64,000 nt of DNA. It comes from Burkholderiales bacterium. Lineage in GTDB: Bacteria; Pseudomonadota; Gammaproteobacteria; Burkholderiales; JAEUOS01. A program made the position numbers and the translations under genes. The stretch is taken from positions 2,806,587 through 2,870,586 of the forward strand of contig OZ257137.1 of assembly GCA_965279115.1 (NCBI GenBank), written 5' to 3'. The notes below the pieces were generated by a model. The model saw nothing but the letters and a program-made list of their open reading frames with translations, did no database searches and had not been told where the DNA came from. Positions 1-9,997 of the stretch are shown in pieces (position 1 is the stretch's first letter; every line of letters starts with the position of its first letter).

Positions 1-909
1 CCGTCGATGGCACCGGCGCATGCCTGCCATCGTCATGTGATCATCTCCGGCAAGAACTACCGCACCGTGTCGGACGGGTCATGGAGCGTGCCGCGGCGCA
101 TCGAGGGCATGGGCGCCATGCGCGTCGGCCGCCAGGCGCTTTCGCCGATGCCGGAACTGCTGTCGTACTGGCTGCCGGCGGATGACGCGCAGGTGCTGCT
201 GCGCTACATCAACGACACCATCGCCGGCATGATCTCGCAAGCGCCCGACCGCTTCATCGGCCTGGGCGCGATTCCCTTGCAGGACATGGATCTGGCATTG
301 CGCGAACTCGAGTATGTGAAGAACACACTTGGTTTCGCCGGCGTTGAGATCGCCTCGCATGTGAACGGCGTGTCGATCGGCGACGCGCGCTTCGGCCCTT
401 TCTTCAGCGCATGCGAACGCATGGGCGCCGCCATCTTCGTGCATGCCCTGCGCCCGGCAGGGCAGGACCGCATCGTCGGCCCCCTGTCGGAGCAGGCGGT
501 GGCGTTTCCGGGCGACGTCGGCCTGGCGGCCGCGGCGGTCATTACCGGCGGCGTGGCGGCGCGGCATCCGCAGCTGCGCATCGCGTTCTCGCACGGCGGC
601 GGCGCCCTTTCGATGATGCTGCCGCGCCTGAAGCATGCGTGGTCGATGACGCCCAAGGCGCTGGAGCAGATGCCGGAGGCGCCGGACGTGTATGCGCGTC
701 GCTTCTTCTACGACTGCGTGGTCTTCGACCCGAAACTGGTGCGCCTCCTGATCGAGAGCTACGGGAGCTCGCAAATCCTGATCGGCAGCGACTATCCGTT
801 CGCGATGGGCGAGGGTGACCCGGTGGGGCTGCTGGAGCGCAGCGATCTGGATGCCGCCACCATCACCGCGATCACCGGGACGAACGCGAAGCGCTTCCTG
901 GGTTTGTGA
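1..909 (+). CDS. amidohydrolase-2 family enzyme (ACMSD-like decarboxylase/hydrolase), 5' end cut by window edge
   Basis: The frame is open to base 1. By eye it aligns to ACMSD-type enzymes only from about their residue 45 onward (FVHA, AFSHGGGA, GSDYPF blocks). The N-terminal HxH metal motif is absent, so the start lies upstream of the window. Confidence 0.8.
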   Translation, partial: PSMAPAHACHRHVIISGKNYRTVSDGSWSVPRRIEGMGAMRVGRQALSPMPELLSYWLPADDAQVLLRYINDTIAGMISQAPDRFIGLGAIPLQDMDLALRELEYVKNTLGFAGVEIASHVNGVSIGDARFGPFFSACERMGAAIFVHALRPAGQDRIVGPLSEQAVAFPGDVGLAAAAVITGGVAARHPQLRIAFSHGGGALSMMLPRLKHAWSMTPKALEQMPEAPDVYARRFFYDCVVFDPKLVRLLIESYGSSQILIGSDYPFAMGEGDPVGLLERSDLDAATITAITGTNAKRFLGL

Positions 910-1081
910 CAGGACGATGAATGTCCGGCTTGTCCGCGGGGAACATTGCAGCGGGCGTGACATTCATCACTATTGATGACAAATGGCCGGATGACAGTGA
1001 CATTGTTCACAGACTTGAAGGCATCGGATGGGTAGAGTGGGAACCGTCTCCTCCTCTTCTGCCCCTCAGACAGGCAGTTCG

Positions 1082-1116
1082 GCCGCAACCCCCAAAAGGT
1101 TGCGGCTTTTTCTTTT
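1082..1116 (+). terminator. rho-independent terminator after the amidohydrolase gene
   Basis: GCCGCAACC-N7-GGTTGCGGC perfect 9-bp stem followed by TTTTTCTTTT. Confidence 0.6.
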
Positions 1117-1195
1117 GTGGCCCCGCCGTCCTGATAACCTTGTGCCGCGCGCGCCGTGCCGCAAGCCGGCGTCACCGCGCGAGTGGCGCCATTCA

Positions 1196-1918
1196 ATGCT
1201 TCCGTTACGAATCCAGGCTTTCCTCCCCATCCTCGCCGCGCTCGCGACCGTGATGGCGGCGTGTGCGCCGGCACAGGCCGCACCGCCGGACACCATCGCA
1301 CAGCGGTTGGTGGCCTGCGCGGCCTGCCACGGCAGCGAAGGACGCGCCACCAACGAGGGCTATTACCCGCGCATCGCCGGCAAACCGCAGGGCTACCTGT
1401 ACAACCAGTTGCTCAACTTTCGCGACGGGCGCAGGCGCAACGCGGCCATGCGCCATCTGGTGGCGCACCAGACCGACGCCTTCCTGGGCGAAATGGCGGC
1501 GCACTTCGCCGCGCAGAAACTGCCGTATCCGCCGTCCCGCACCGGCAACGCCACGCCGGCAGAACTCGAGCGCGGCCGGCAACTGGCCGAAGTGGGCGAT
1601 GCCGCCCGCTCGATACCCGCATGTTCTGCTTGCCATGGCCGGCAACTTACTGGCGTATTGCCCGCGACGCCTGGCCTGTTGGGCCTGCCGCGTGACTACC
1701 TGAGTGCGCAGATCGGCGCCTGGAAGGGCGGGTCGCGGCGCGCCGCCGCGCCGGATTGCATGGCTGAGATCGCGCGTGCACTGGCGCCGGAGGACGTGGG
1801 CGCCGTGTCCGCCTGGCTCGCTTCGCGCCCGATGCCGGCGCATGACGGGGCGGTGCCGCCGGCCGGGCCCACGCCGCCGCTCGCGTGCGGGTCGGCAGAG
1901 CCGGTGGCGCGTCCATGA
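1196..1918 (+). CDS. dihaem c-type cytochrome (c4-like)
   Basis: Signal peptide MLPLRIQAFLPILAALATVMAACAPAQA and two CxxCH motifs (CAACH, CSACH). Start moved to ATG 1196 from the ORF-track start at 1028. Confidence 0.8.
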   Translation: MLPLRIQAFLPILAALATVMAACAPAQAAPPDTIAQRLVACAACHGSEGRATNEGYYPRIAGKPQGYLYNQLLNFRDGRRRNAAMRHLVAHQTDAFLGEMAAHFAAQKLPYPPSRTGNATPAELERGRQLAEVGDAARSIPACSACHGRQLTGVLPATPGLLGLPRDYLSAQIGAWKGGSRRAAAPDCMAEIARALAPEDVGAVSAWLASRPMPAHDGAVPPAGPTPPLACGSAEPVARP

Positions 1919-3198
1919 GAAGGCTGCTCCGCTGGACGTGCGCCGTGCTGGCGCTGGCATTGCTGGCGCTGGGCGTACTGGTCGCGCGCGGCTTGTCGGA
2001 ACGCGAAGAGCCGCTGTCCGCCGCCGCTGTCGCGGAAAGCCTGCCAGATCGCATCGCGCGAGGACGCTATCTCGCGCTGGCCGGCAATTGCATGGCCTGC
2101 CATACCGAACCCGGCGAACAGCCGTATGCGGGCGGCCGCGCGATTGAAACGCCGTTCGGCCGGGTGTACGGCTCCAACCTCACGCCGGACGTCGCGCACG
2201 GCATCGGTGCGTGGACCGCCGATGATTTCCGGCGCGCCCTGCATCACGGCAAGTCGCGCGATGGCCGCCTGCTCTACCCGGCGTTTCCCTATCCCAACTT
2301 CACGCGCATGCCACGCGCCGACGCCGATGCCGTGTTCGCCTATTTGCGCACCGTGGCGCCGGCGGCGAAACCGAACCGTCCGCATGAGCTGCGTTTTCCG
2401 TACAACCAGCGCGTGCTCCTCGCGGCGTGGCGCGGGTTGTACTTCCGCGCCGGTACCTACTCCCCGGATGCCGGGCGCGACGCCGAATGGAACCGCGGCG
2501 CTTACCTGGTGCAGGGTCCGGGTCATTGCAATGCATGTCATACGCGCCGCGACACGCTTGGCGCCACCGTGCTGGCGGCCGATCTCGCCGGGGGCATGAT
2601 CCCGATGCAGAATTGGTACGCCCCGCCGCTCAACGCCACGCGCGGCGCGGGCCTGGGAGACTGGTCCGCGGACGATGTGGTGCAACTGCTCAAGACCGGC
2701 GTGTCGATGCGTGGCAGCGTATCCGGGCCGATGGCCGAGGTGGTGGCGCGCAGCCTGCAACATCTGGAAGCAAGCGACCTGCAGGCGATGGCGGCCTACC
2801 TCAAGACCTTGCCGCCGGTACCCGTGCCGCCGCCGCCGGTTCACGGCGAGGATGCCGCGCGCGTGTTCGCGGCCGGTGGCGTGCTCTATGAACGCCATTG
2901 CAAGGACTGCCATGGTGCAGACGGTCGCGGCATGCCGCCGGCCTATCCGCCCCTGGCGGGCAACCGCTCGTTGACGCAACCCTCGCCGGCCAATCCGATT
3001 CGCGTGGTGTTGAACGGTGGATTCGCGCCCGGCACGGCGGGCAATCCGCGCCCGTACGGCATGCCGCCCTACCGGCCGTTGTTCTCCGACGCGGAAGTGG
3101 CGGCGGTGGTGTCGTACATCCGCAATGCCTGGGGCAACCGAGCCGCCGTGGTGAGTACGACCGAAGTTGACCGATTCCGCTCGGCGCCGCTGGAGTAG
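1915..3198 (+). CDS. trihaem c-type cytochrome (dehydrogenase cytochrome-subunit-like)
   Basis: Three CxxCH motifs (CMACH, CNACH, CKDCH) and a hydrophobic N-terminus. ATGA overlap with the upstream cytochrome gene. Confidence 0.8.
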   Translation: MRRLLRWTCAVLALALLALGVLVARGLSEREEPLSAAAVAESLPDRIARGRYLALAGNCMACHTEPGEQPYAGGRAIETPFGRVYGSNLTPDVAHGIGAWTADDFRRALHHGKSRDGRLLYPAFPYPNFTRMPRADADAVFAYLRTVAPAAKPNRPHELRFPYNQRVLLAAWRGLYFRAGTYSPDAGRDAEWNRGAYLVQGPGHCNACHTRRDTLGATVLAADLAGGMIPMQNWYAPPLNATRGAGLGDWSADDVVQLLKTGVSMRGSVSGPMAEVVARSLQHLEASDLQAMAAYLKTLPPVPVPPPPVHGEDAARVFAAGGVLYERHCKDCHGADGRGMPPAYPPLAGNRSLTQPSPANPIRVVLNGGFAPGTAGNPRPYGMPPYRPLFSDAEVAAVVSYIRNAWGNRAAVVSTTEVDRFRSAPLE

Positions 3199-3439
3199 GT
3201 GCCGCCGGGGTCCGGACATGCACCAACGGGCGGATGTCCGCACGCTACTGGCGGTTTTGCAATAGGCCGCCGACCCGGTGGTATGTCAAGCGGCCGGGAG
3301 AAGATTATTTCTTGCGTTTGCAGGTCGAGTTTTCCCCCGCGGGCGGCTGCAGGGATATATTTCCAGCGCCTGCCTGCTTTCGCGCCAAACCTCTTGACTT
3401 CCGCGCGCACCAACGTGTTTCGTGAGGTCGGGGGGGAAG

Positions 3440-3462
3440 TTATCCACAGATTTTGTGGATAA
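3440..3462. promoter_or_regulatory. inverted pair of perfect DnaA-box consensus 9-mers
   Basis: TTATCCACA-gattt-TGTGGATAA read directly, 60 bp upstream of the tauD-like start in an AT-richer intergenic region. Binding and function are untested. Confidence 0.4.
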
Positions 3463-3521
3463 GTGAATGGCGCCATTTGCTACAGTGACGGCAAAATCAA
3501 GCACAAATTCGGGGAGGAGAC

Positions 3522-4367
3522 ATGCCGATCGAAGTCAAGCCGCAGGCGGCGCCATGCGGCGCGGTGGTGCATGGCGTCGATCTTGGCGGACACCTCGGCG
3601 CAGACGAAGTGGCCGAATTGCGGTCGCACTGGTTGCGGCACCTGGTGCTGGCCTTTCCCGACCAGGTGCTGGAACTCGCCGATCTTGAGCGCTTTGCCAG
3701 AGCGATCGGGCCGTTCGGAACCGATCCCTACTTTCATGGCGTTCCGGGCCACCCGCATGTGGCGCAGGTGCGCCGCGAGGCTGACGAGAAAACCCCCATC
3801 TTTGCGGAGTCGTGGCATTCGGACTGGAGTTTCCTGGCAAGCCCGCCGGCGGCCACCGTGCTGTACGGCAATGTGATTCCGCCCTTGGGAGGCGACACCC
3901 TGTTCGCCAACCAGGTCGCGGCATGGGAGGCATTGCCTGCGGCGCTGCGTTCCCAGGTGCAGGGGCGCCTGGGCATCCACTCGGCCCGGCGCGGCTACTC
4001 GCGCCAGGGGCTGTATGGAGAAAGGGACCAGGGTCGTTCAATGGCGATCAAGTACTCCGACAGCGCGCTCGCCACCCAGTTGCATCCGCTGTGCCGTGTA
4101 CATCCGGAGACCGGCCGCACGGCGCTATATGCCAGCCCCGGCTACACCATCGGCATCGATGGCGTGCCGGAAGATGAAGCCGGCGCGCTGCTCAAGGAAT
4201 TGTTCGCGCACCAGGTCAAGCCGGAATTCATCTACCGTCACCGCTGGACAGAGGGCATGCTGGTCATGTGGGACAATCGCGCCGTGTTGCATGCGGCCAC
4301 CGGCGGTTACCAGGGTCATCGCCGCCTGTTGCACCGGATCACCGTCTCCGAACGTGAGGCCGCCTGA
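3522..4367 (+). CDS. TauD/TfdA-family Fe(II)/2-oxoglutarate dioxygenase
   Basis: WHSDWSF iron-binding block, family-typical length of 281 aa, and a GGAGGAG RBS just upstream of the ATG. Confidence 0.85.
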   Translation: MPIEVKPQAAPCGAVVHGVDLGGHLGADEVAELRSHWLRHLVLAFPDQVLELADLERFARAIGPFGTDPYFHGVPGHPHVAQVRREADEKTPIFAESWHSDWSFLASPPAATVLYGNVIPPLGGDTLFANQVAAWEALPAALRSQVQGRLGIHSARRGYSRQGLYGERDQGRSMAIKYSDSALATQLHPLCRVHPETGRTALYASPGYTIGIDGVPEDEAGALLKELFAHQVKPEFIYRHRWTEGMLVMWDNRAVLHAATGGYQGHRRLLHRITVSEREAA

Positions 4368-4421
4368 CCGCCAGATGCGCTTCCCGCCTTTCGCTCCTTT
4401 CCTTCCGGCTTTGCAATCCAG

Positions 4422-5639
4422 GTGAAGATCTTTTACGGCTGGCGCATCGTCGCCGCCGCCGCCGTCCTCCAGTGCCTGCAGGCCGGCCTGCTGCATTCGG
4501 CCTTCGGTGTCTATGTGGCGGTGCTGGTCGAGGAACGCGGCTGGAGCAAGACCGCGCTGTCCGGCGCCGCGGCGCTGCAGTCCCTCGAAGCCGCCGTGCT
4601 CGGCCCCTTGCTGGGCTGGGTGATCGATCGCTCCGGCGCCAAGCGCATGATCATGTTCGGCATCGTGATCTTCGCGCTGGGCTTCATGGCGCTGTCACGC
4701 ATCGAAACCCTGGGCGGGTTCTATGCGGCCGTCGTGGTGATCGCCATCGGCGCAAGTTTCTCCGGCTATTTTCCGCTCACGGTCGCGGTGGTGCAGTGGT
4801 TCGAGCGCAATCGCGCGCGCGCGCTGTCGGCCATGGGTTTCGGCCTGGCCGCCGGCGGGCTTGCGGTACCCGCGGTGGCCTGGTGCATGCAGACCTACGG
4901 CTGGCGCCCCACCGCCTTCGGCTCCGGCGTGCTCCTGTTGCTGGTGGGCCTGCCGCTGGCCATGACCATCAAGAGCCGGCCGGAGGACCATGGCGAGACG
5001 CTCGATGGCCTGCCGCCGGCGCCGCCGCCGGTCACCGGCATGCAGATGCCGCCCGCGCAGCGCGAGTTCACCGTGCGCGAGGCCGTGCGCACGCGCGCCT
5101 TCTGGCTGCTGGCGCTGGGCCACGGGGTGGCGCTGTTGATTGTCACCGCGGTGAACGTGCATGCCATCACCCACATGAAGGAAGGGCTGGGCTATTCGGT
5201 GGCGCAGGCCTCGTTCATCATCACCCTCATGACCCTGGGCCAGGCCGGCGGCGTGGCGCTCGGCTACGCCATCGGCGACCGCTTCGAAAAGCGCTATGTG
5301 GCCGCGCTGTGCATGCTGATGCACGCCGCCGGCATGCTGATGCTTACCTATGCCACCGGCACGGTGATGCTGGCGGCTTTCGCCGCGCTGCACGGCGCGG
5401 CCTGGGGCCTGCGCGGGCCATTCATGCAGGCGATTCGCGCCGACTACTTCGGGCGCAACGCCATCGGCATGATCATGGGACTCTCCGGCATCGTCATCGC
5501 GCTCGGCCAGGTGGGCGGCCCGCTGGTTGCGGGCGCCTTCGCCGACGCATTCGGCAACTATCGCGCCGGCTTCACGCTGCTGGCGGTGGTGGCCGGCCTG
5601 GGGTCGCTGCTGTTCGTCCTGGCGAAAAAGCCCGCCTGA
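4422..5639 (+). CDS. MFS transporter
   Basis: About 12 hydrophobic segments and an MKIFYGWRIV-type N-terminus. The GTG start is uncertain. Confidence 0.8.
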   Translation: MKIFYGWRIVAAAAVLQCLQAGLLHSAFGVYVAVLVEERGWSKTALSGAAALQSLEAAVLGPLLGWVIDRSGAKRMIMFGIVIFALGFMALSRIETLGGFYAAVVVIAIGASFSGYFPLTVAVVQWFERNRARALSAMGFGLAAGGLAVPAVAWCMQTYGWRPTAFGSGVLLLLVGLPLAMTIKSRPEDHGETLDGLPPAPPPVTGMQMPPAQREFTVREAVRTRAFWLLALGHGVALLIVTAVNVHAITHMKEGLGYSVAQASFIITLMTLGQAGGVALGYAIGDRFEKRYVAALCMLMHAAGMLMLTYATGTVMLAAFAALHGAAWGLRGPFMQAIRADYFGRNAIGMIMGLSGIVIALGQVGGPLVAGAFADAFGNYRAGFTLLAVVAGLGSLLFVLAKKPA

Positions 5640-5652
5640 GGCCGGCGCGGAC

Positions 5653-6051
5653 CTATTGCGCCGGCACCTCGCGCGGCCGGCGCGACTCGTCGGTGGCCAC
5701 GTAGGTCAGGGTGGCCTCGGTGATCTTCACCGTCTCCAGCACCGCCGGGTTGCGTTGCGCGAAGACTTCGACATCGACGGTGATCGAGGTGCGCCCGACC
5801 TTGACCACCTCCGCATAGAACAGCACCACGTCGCCGATCATCACCGGCTGCTTGAAGGTGAAGGCATTGACGGCCACGGTGGCCACACGGCCGCGCGCGC
5901 GGCGCGCGGCGATCACGCCGCCGGCGATGTCCACCTGCGACATGATCCAGCCGCCGAAGATGTCACCGTGCTGGTTGGCATCCGAAGGCATCGGCACCAC
6001 CGACAGGACCGGGGTGCGGCCCGGCGGCAGGGTTACGCTCTGCTGGTTCAT
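5653..6051 (-). CDS. acyl-CoA thioesterase (hotdog fold, YciA-like)
   Basis: ANQHGDIFGGWIMSQVDIAGG block typical of YciA-type thioesterases; 132 aa. Confidence 0.8.
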   Translation of the reverse strand: MNQQSVTLPPGRTPVLSVVPMPSDANQHGDIFGGWIMSQVDIAGGVIAARRARGRVATVAVNAFTFKQPVMIGDVVLFYAEVVKVGRTSITVDVEVFAQRNPAVLETVKITEATLTYVATDESRRPREVPAQ

Positions 6052-6083
6052 GGAGCATCTTTCCGGGCCGCTGGCATGCCGGC

Positions 6084-6587
6084 CTACAGGTCAACCACGC
6101 GCCGCAGCTGGGCGTACGGCACACGCATGTCGCCATTCTCGCCGGTGATGGTGACAGAGACGCGGTTGATGCGCTTGACCACGCCGAAATGGTGAACCAG
6201 GTCGCGCCCTTCGTAGCTGACTTTTTCGCCCAACGCGAATGCCGTCGCCCCGGGAACCGGCGGGGGCGCGCGGCGCGCCGCCGGCGGGTCGAGCTGGATG
6301 GAGGCATAGTGCAGCCAGCGCAGCTTCTGGTCGGCAGTCTGGATCAGCACGCGGTCAGCCATCAGCTCGACGATGCAGCCGGTGTTCATGCGGCCCTGGC
6401 GTTCGCTCAGGTACTGGATGAACTTGCCCACTGCCAGGCGGCTGCGGATCTCGGCGATGCGCGCAGGATCGAGCAGGATCTCGTCTATGGCCGCGCGCAG
6501 GCGCACCAGTTCGCTGTCGGTCGCATGGTGCAGGGCTTCGATCACCTGCAGCCAGTCGGGCGTTCTTTTCGCCTTGGGAGCGCGCAT
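6084..6587 (-). CDS. hypothetical protein
   Basis: ORF with protein-like composition and no recognisable motif. Start taken at the internal Met (MRAPKAKRTPDW). Confidence 0.4.
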   Translation of the reverse strand: MRAPKAKRTPDWLQVIEALHHATDSELVRLRAAIDEILLDPARIAEIRSRLAVGKFIQYLSERQGRMNTGCIVELMADRVLIQTADQKLRWLHYASIQLDPPAARRAPPPVPGATAFALGEKVSYEGRDLVHHFGVVKRINRVSVTITGENGDMRVPYAQLRRVVDL

Positions 6588-6898
6588 GCCTTGAAGTCGG
6601 TAGTCCGTTGCCGGCAGGCGCCGGCAACGCAAGAATCCTTGCAATACCCGATCGCACGCAGGGCGTGGCGACCGACGGATTCTACCCTGCGATGACTGCG
6701 AAGCTTTCCGGGCCATGCTTCAGGGCGGCGCGGCGGCGGTGCTGCGCTTTCAGGCCTGAGGCTGGAGTGTTCTCCCGGGTGAGAGCCATCCCGTAGTGAC
6801 CCCTTCGGGCTATTTCCCTCCGAAGGTGAAATCGGGGACAATGAAATGTTAAAGCTTGCCGCGCGAATTCAAGGTGGTCTGACTTTTCGGGGGTAGTC

Positions 6899-7546
6899 AT
6901 GCTGATAAAGAGATTTCGTGGTCTGGTGGCGGCAGTGGCCCTGGGGTTGGCAGCGGGAGCGCCAATGGCGGCCGATTTTCCGGTTACCCCGGGCGGCGTG
7001 TCCGTGGTGGGAGGCGGCACGCTGCAGGTGCAGCCCACCTTCAACATCGGATTTGCTTCCGGGTATGAGTTCATCAGTCTGGATTTCACGCTCACCTACA
7101 GCAATGCCCTGAGTTTCAGCAAGCTGGAGTTCACGCTTCCGTCCAATGTGGGTAGTCCGGTCAGTTTTTCGGTGACTTCTGCGAATCTGGCAGGCCCTCT
7201 GCCGGCTGCCCCAGACTTCACGTATGGTGTAACCGTGACCGCTCCGGACATGATGTCTTCGGTGTTGACCTTCAGCGGGTTTCCATCATCTTCATTCGTA
7301 CTTTCCGGCCCGGTTTTGCTCAAGACCACCTTCCTGACCAGTACGATCGGGCAAAGTGCGGTTGACCTTGCGGGCACATCCGGCCCGAATGCTATTTCCT
7401 TTGCAAGCTACACCCTGGACACTTTTTCCTCCAGTGCCCTCGTGACCGTCTCCGCAGTGCCGGAGCCCGAAGCCTGGCTGATGCTGCTTGCAGGCCTGGG
7501 AATGTTCGCCACCCTGGGACGTCGCAGGCACGCCGCACGCCGCTAA
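6899..7546 (+). CDS. PEP-CTERM sorting-domain secreted protein
   Basis: N-terminal signal peptide and a C-terminal VPEPEAWLMLLAGLGMFATLGRRR motif (PEP, TM helix, Arg cluster). Confidence 0.75.
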   Translation: MLIKRFRGLVAAVALGLAAGAPMAADFPVTPGGVSVVGGGTLQVQPTFNIGFASGYEFISLDFTLTYSNALSFSKLEFTLPSNVGSPVSFSVTSANLAGPLPAAPDFTYGVTVTAPDMMSSVLTFSGFPSSSFVLSGPVLLKTTFLTSTIGQSAVDLAGTSGPNAISFASYTLDTFSSSALVTVSAVPEPEAWLMLLAGLGMFATLGRRRHAARR

Positions 7547-7684
7547 ACGTCCCGAAGGGCGGGGGCGTGCGATGCGTCCCCGATGCGCTCCGCCGAGACT
7601 TGCCTGCGGCTAAACTAAGCGCCACTGAGCGTGGCGCGCCTTGCGTGGCAAGGCGTGACCACCGTCCAGGCCAAAGGAGACAAC

Positions 7685-8650
7685 ATGCGACTTTTTCCGC
7701 GCCTTGTGTGCGCAACCCTGGCACTCGCCGCCGCAAGCACTTCGTTCGCGCAGTCCTGGCCCGCGCGCCCGGTGCGCCTGATCGTATCCCAGGCGGCCGG
7801 CACTTCCCCGGACATTTCCGCCCGCTTCATCGCTGATCGACTGTCCAAGGTCTGGGGACAGACGCTGGTGGTCGAAAACCGCGCCGGTGGCCAGAACGTG
7901 ATCGGCGCCCAGGCGGCGGCGCGTTCCGCTCCCGATGGCTACACCTTCTTCTATGCCACCACGGCGGCAATCGTCACCAATCCGCTCACCTTCAAGTCCT
8001 TGCCCTACGACCCGCCGCGCGATTTCGATGCGGTCGCGATGATCGCGAAATCGCCGATGGTGGTGGCGGTGGGGGCCGCGGTACCGGCGAAAACCGTCGC
8101 GGAACTCATCGCGCTCGACAAAAGCAAGCCCGGCACCCTTTCCTCCGCGCACGAAGGGCCGCGCACCTTCAGCGGCATGATGAGCCAGGCTTTCAACCTG
8201 GCCACCGGCATCAAGGCGCTGCAGGTGCCCTACAACGGGGCTACGCCGGCGATCCAGGACACCGTCGGCGGGCGCACGCAGATCGTGTTCCTCTCCTCGG
8301 CCGCGGTCGCGCCCTTCATCAAGCGCGGCGACCTGCGACCCATCGCCGTCACGGTGGGCAAGCGGGTCACCGGCCTCGAGGGGGTGCCGGCACTGGCTGA
8401 AACCTATGCCGGCTTCGACTATTCGGGCTGGTTCGCCGTGCTCGCCCCTGCCGGCACGCCCAAGGACGTGATCGCCAAGGTCAATCGCGACGTCAACCAG
8501 GTGCTGGCCGACCCGGAGGTGGCGCAGCGCCTGCGCGACCTCGGCGTGGTCACCGAGCCGGGTTCGCCGGAAGCGCTCAACGATTTTCTGGCGGCCGAGC
8601 GCACGCGCTGGACCAAACTGGTCAAGGACATCGGGTTGCAGCCGGAATGA
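7685..8650 (+). CDS. Bug-family (TctC-like) tripartite tricarboxylate transporter substrate-binding protein
   Basis: Signal peptide followed by the WPARPVRLIV...GTSPD pattern typical of Bug proteins. Start at ATG 7685. Confidence 0.85.
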   Translation: MRLFPRLVCATLALAAASTSFAQSWPARPVRLIVSQAAGTSPDISARFIADRLSKVWGQTLVVENRAGGQNVIGAQAAARSAPDGYTFFYATTAAIVTNPLTFKSLPYDPPRDFDAVAMIAKSPMVVAVGAAVPAKTVAELIALDKSKPGTLSSAHEGPRTFSGMMSQAFNLATGIKALQVPYNGATPAIQDTVGGRTQIVFLSSAAVAPFIKRGDLRPIAVTVGKRVTGLEGVPALAETYAGFDYSGWFAVLAPAGTPKDVIAKVNRDVNQVLADPEVAQRLRDLGVVTEPGSPEALNDFLAAERTRWTKLVKDIGLQPE

Positions 8651-9423
8651 GTGCCATGAACGCCGCGACCGACCGGGTGGCGCTGGTCACCGGCGCTGCG
8701 ATGGGTATCGGTGAGGCCATCGCCGACGCCCTTGCTGCGGACGGGCTCACTGTCATCGTTTCCGACCTCAATGGCGAGGCGGCCGAGGCCACGGCGGCGC
8801 GGCTGCGTGGCGCCGGCCGCAAGGCGGAGAGTCTCGTGCTCGACGTGGGCAATCCGGAATCAATCGCCTCCGGTTTTGCCGAGGTGGCACGCCGGCACGG
8901 ACGTTGTGACGTCGTGGTCAACAACGCCGGCATCGCCAAGACCTACCCGTTTGTCGATTTTCCGCTCGACAACTGGCTGGCCACCATGAACATCAACGTC
9001 ACCGGCACCATGCTGTGCAGCCAGCATGCGGCGCGCCTGATGCTGAAGCATGGCTGGGGGCGCATCATCAACATCGCGTCGGTGGCGGGCTTGCGCGCGG
9101 TGGGTAGCGGTCGCACCGCATACGGCACCTCCAAGGCCGCCATCGCCGGGCTCACCCGCCAGATCGCCGCCGAGTTGTCCGAGCATGGCATCACCGCCAA
9201 TGCGATCGCGCCCGGGCCGGTGGATACACCGCTCACCAAGGTGCTGCATTCCGCCGCCTTCCGCACCGCCTACACGAATGCGATCCCGATGAAGCGCTAC
9301 GGGCTGCCCGCCGAGATCGCCGCCATCGCGTCCTTCCTGGCGTCGGACAAGGCCGACTACATCAGCGGCACCACCATCCCGGTGGATGGCGGGTTCATGG
9401 CCAGCGGCGCGCGCGGGGCGTGA
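8647..9423 (+). CDS. SDR-family oxidoreductase (FabG-like)
   Basis: TGAAMGIG cofactor motif, NNAG, and the catalytic YGTSK (YxxxK). ATGA overlap with the upstream gene. Confidence 0.9.
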   Translation: MSAMNAATDRVALVTGAAMGIGEAIADALAADGLTVIVSDLNGEAAEATAARLRGAGRKAESLVLDVGNPESIASGFAEVARRHGRCDVVVNNAGIAKTYPFVDFPLDNWLATMNINVTGTMLCSQHAARLMLKHGWGRIINIASVAGLRAVGSGRTAYGTSKAAIAGLTRQIAAELSEHGITANAIAPGPVDTPLTKVLHSAAFRTAYTNAIPMKRYGLPAEIAAIASFLASDKADYISGTTIPVDGGFMASGARGA

Positions 9424-9507
9424 GATTTTCGGGCCTCGCTCCGGCACGCCGTTCCGAAGTTTGCGTCACGTCAATGCGGTGCGGTTTTCACTTTCTATAA
9501 TGACCCT

Positions 9508-9894
9508 GTGAAAATCCGCAACGCGATCCTGATAGCGCTGTTCGCCCTGCTGCAAGGCATGGCACCGCTGCTGCATGCCCACATGGGCGTGGATGCATCC
9601 GGCGTATCCGGCGTGCACATGCATGGCGTGTCCCATGCCGCGCCTGGCGGCGAACCGGAAACCCGTTGGTCGGGAGCCGCCCCGCTTGAATCGCAGGTCG
9701 TAGCCCTGGGCCAGGAAATCCGTCGCGAGTTGTCCTGGCAGCCGGTTGATGTCGCGCCAGCGCCCGTGGGTGCCTGGAATTGCGGTTCGTCCGGGACTTT
9801 CACGCCACTGCGGGGCGCCAACGAGGCACCACTCGCGCTGGCTGCCTGCCGCATTGTCCCCCCCTCGCGTGCCCCGCCCCCGGTCCTGAGCTGA
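9508..9894 (+). CDS. hypothetical His-rich exported protein upstream of the RND efflux operon
   Basis: Signal-like N-terminus followed by HAHMGVDASGVSGVHMHGVSH. No family recognised. Confidence 0.4.
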   Translation: MKIRNAILIALFALLQGMAPLLHAHMGVDASGVSGVHMHGVSHAAPGGEPETRWSGAAPLESQVVALGQEIRRELSWQPVDVAPAPVGAWNCGSSGTFTPLRGANEAPLALAACRIVPPSRAPPPVLS

Positions 9895-9997
9895 CCACGT
9901 ACCGCCCCACGGGTTCTCGTCGGGCGGAAGTTCAAGTAGTGCGCCCGCACATGTCGCCAAGGTGGCATGCCGGGTGCCGGTTTTGATCGGGGTGAAC

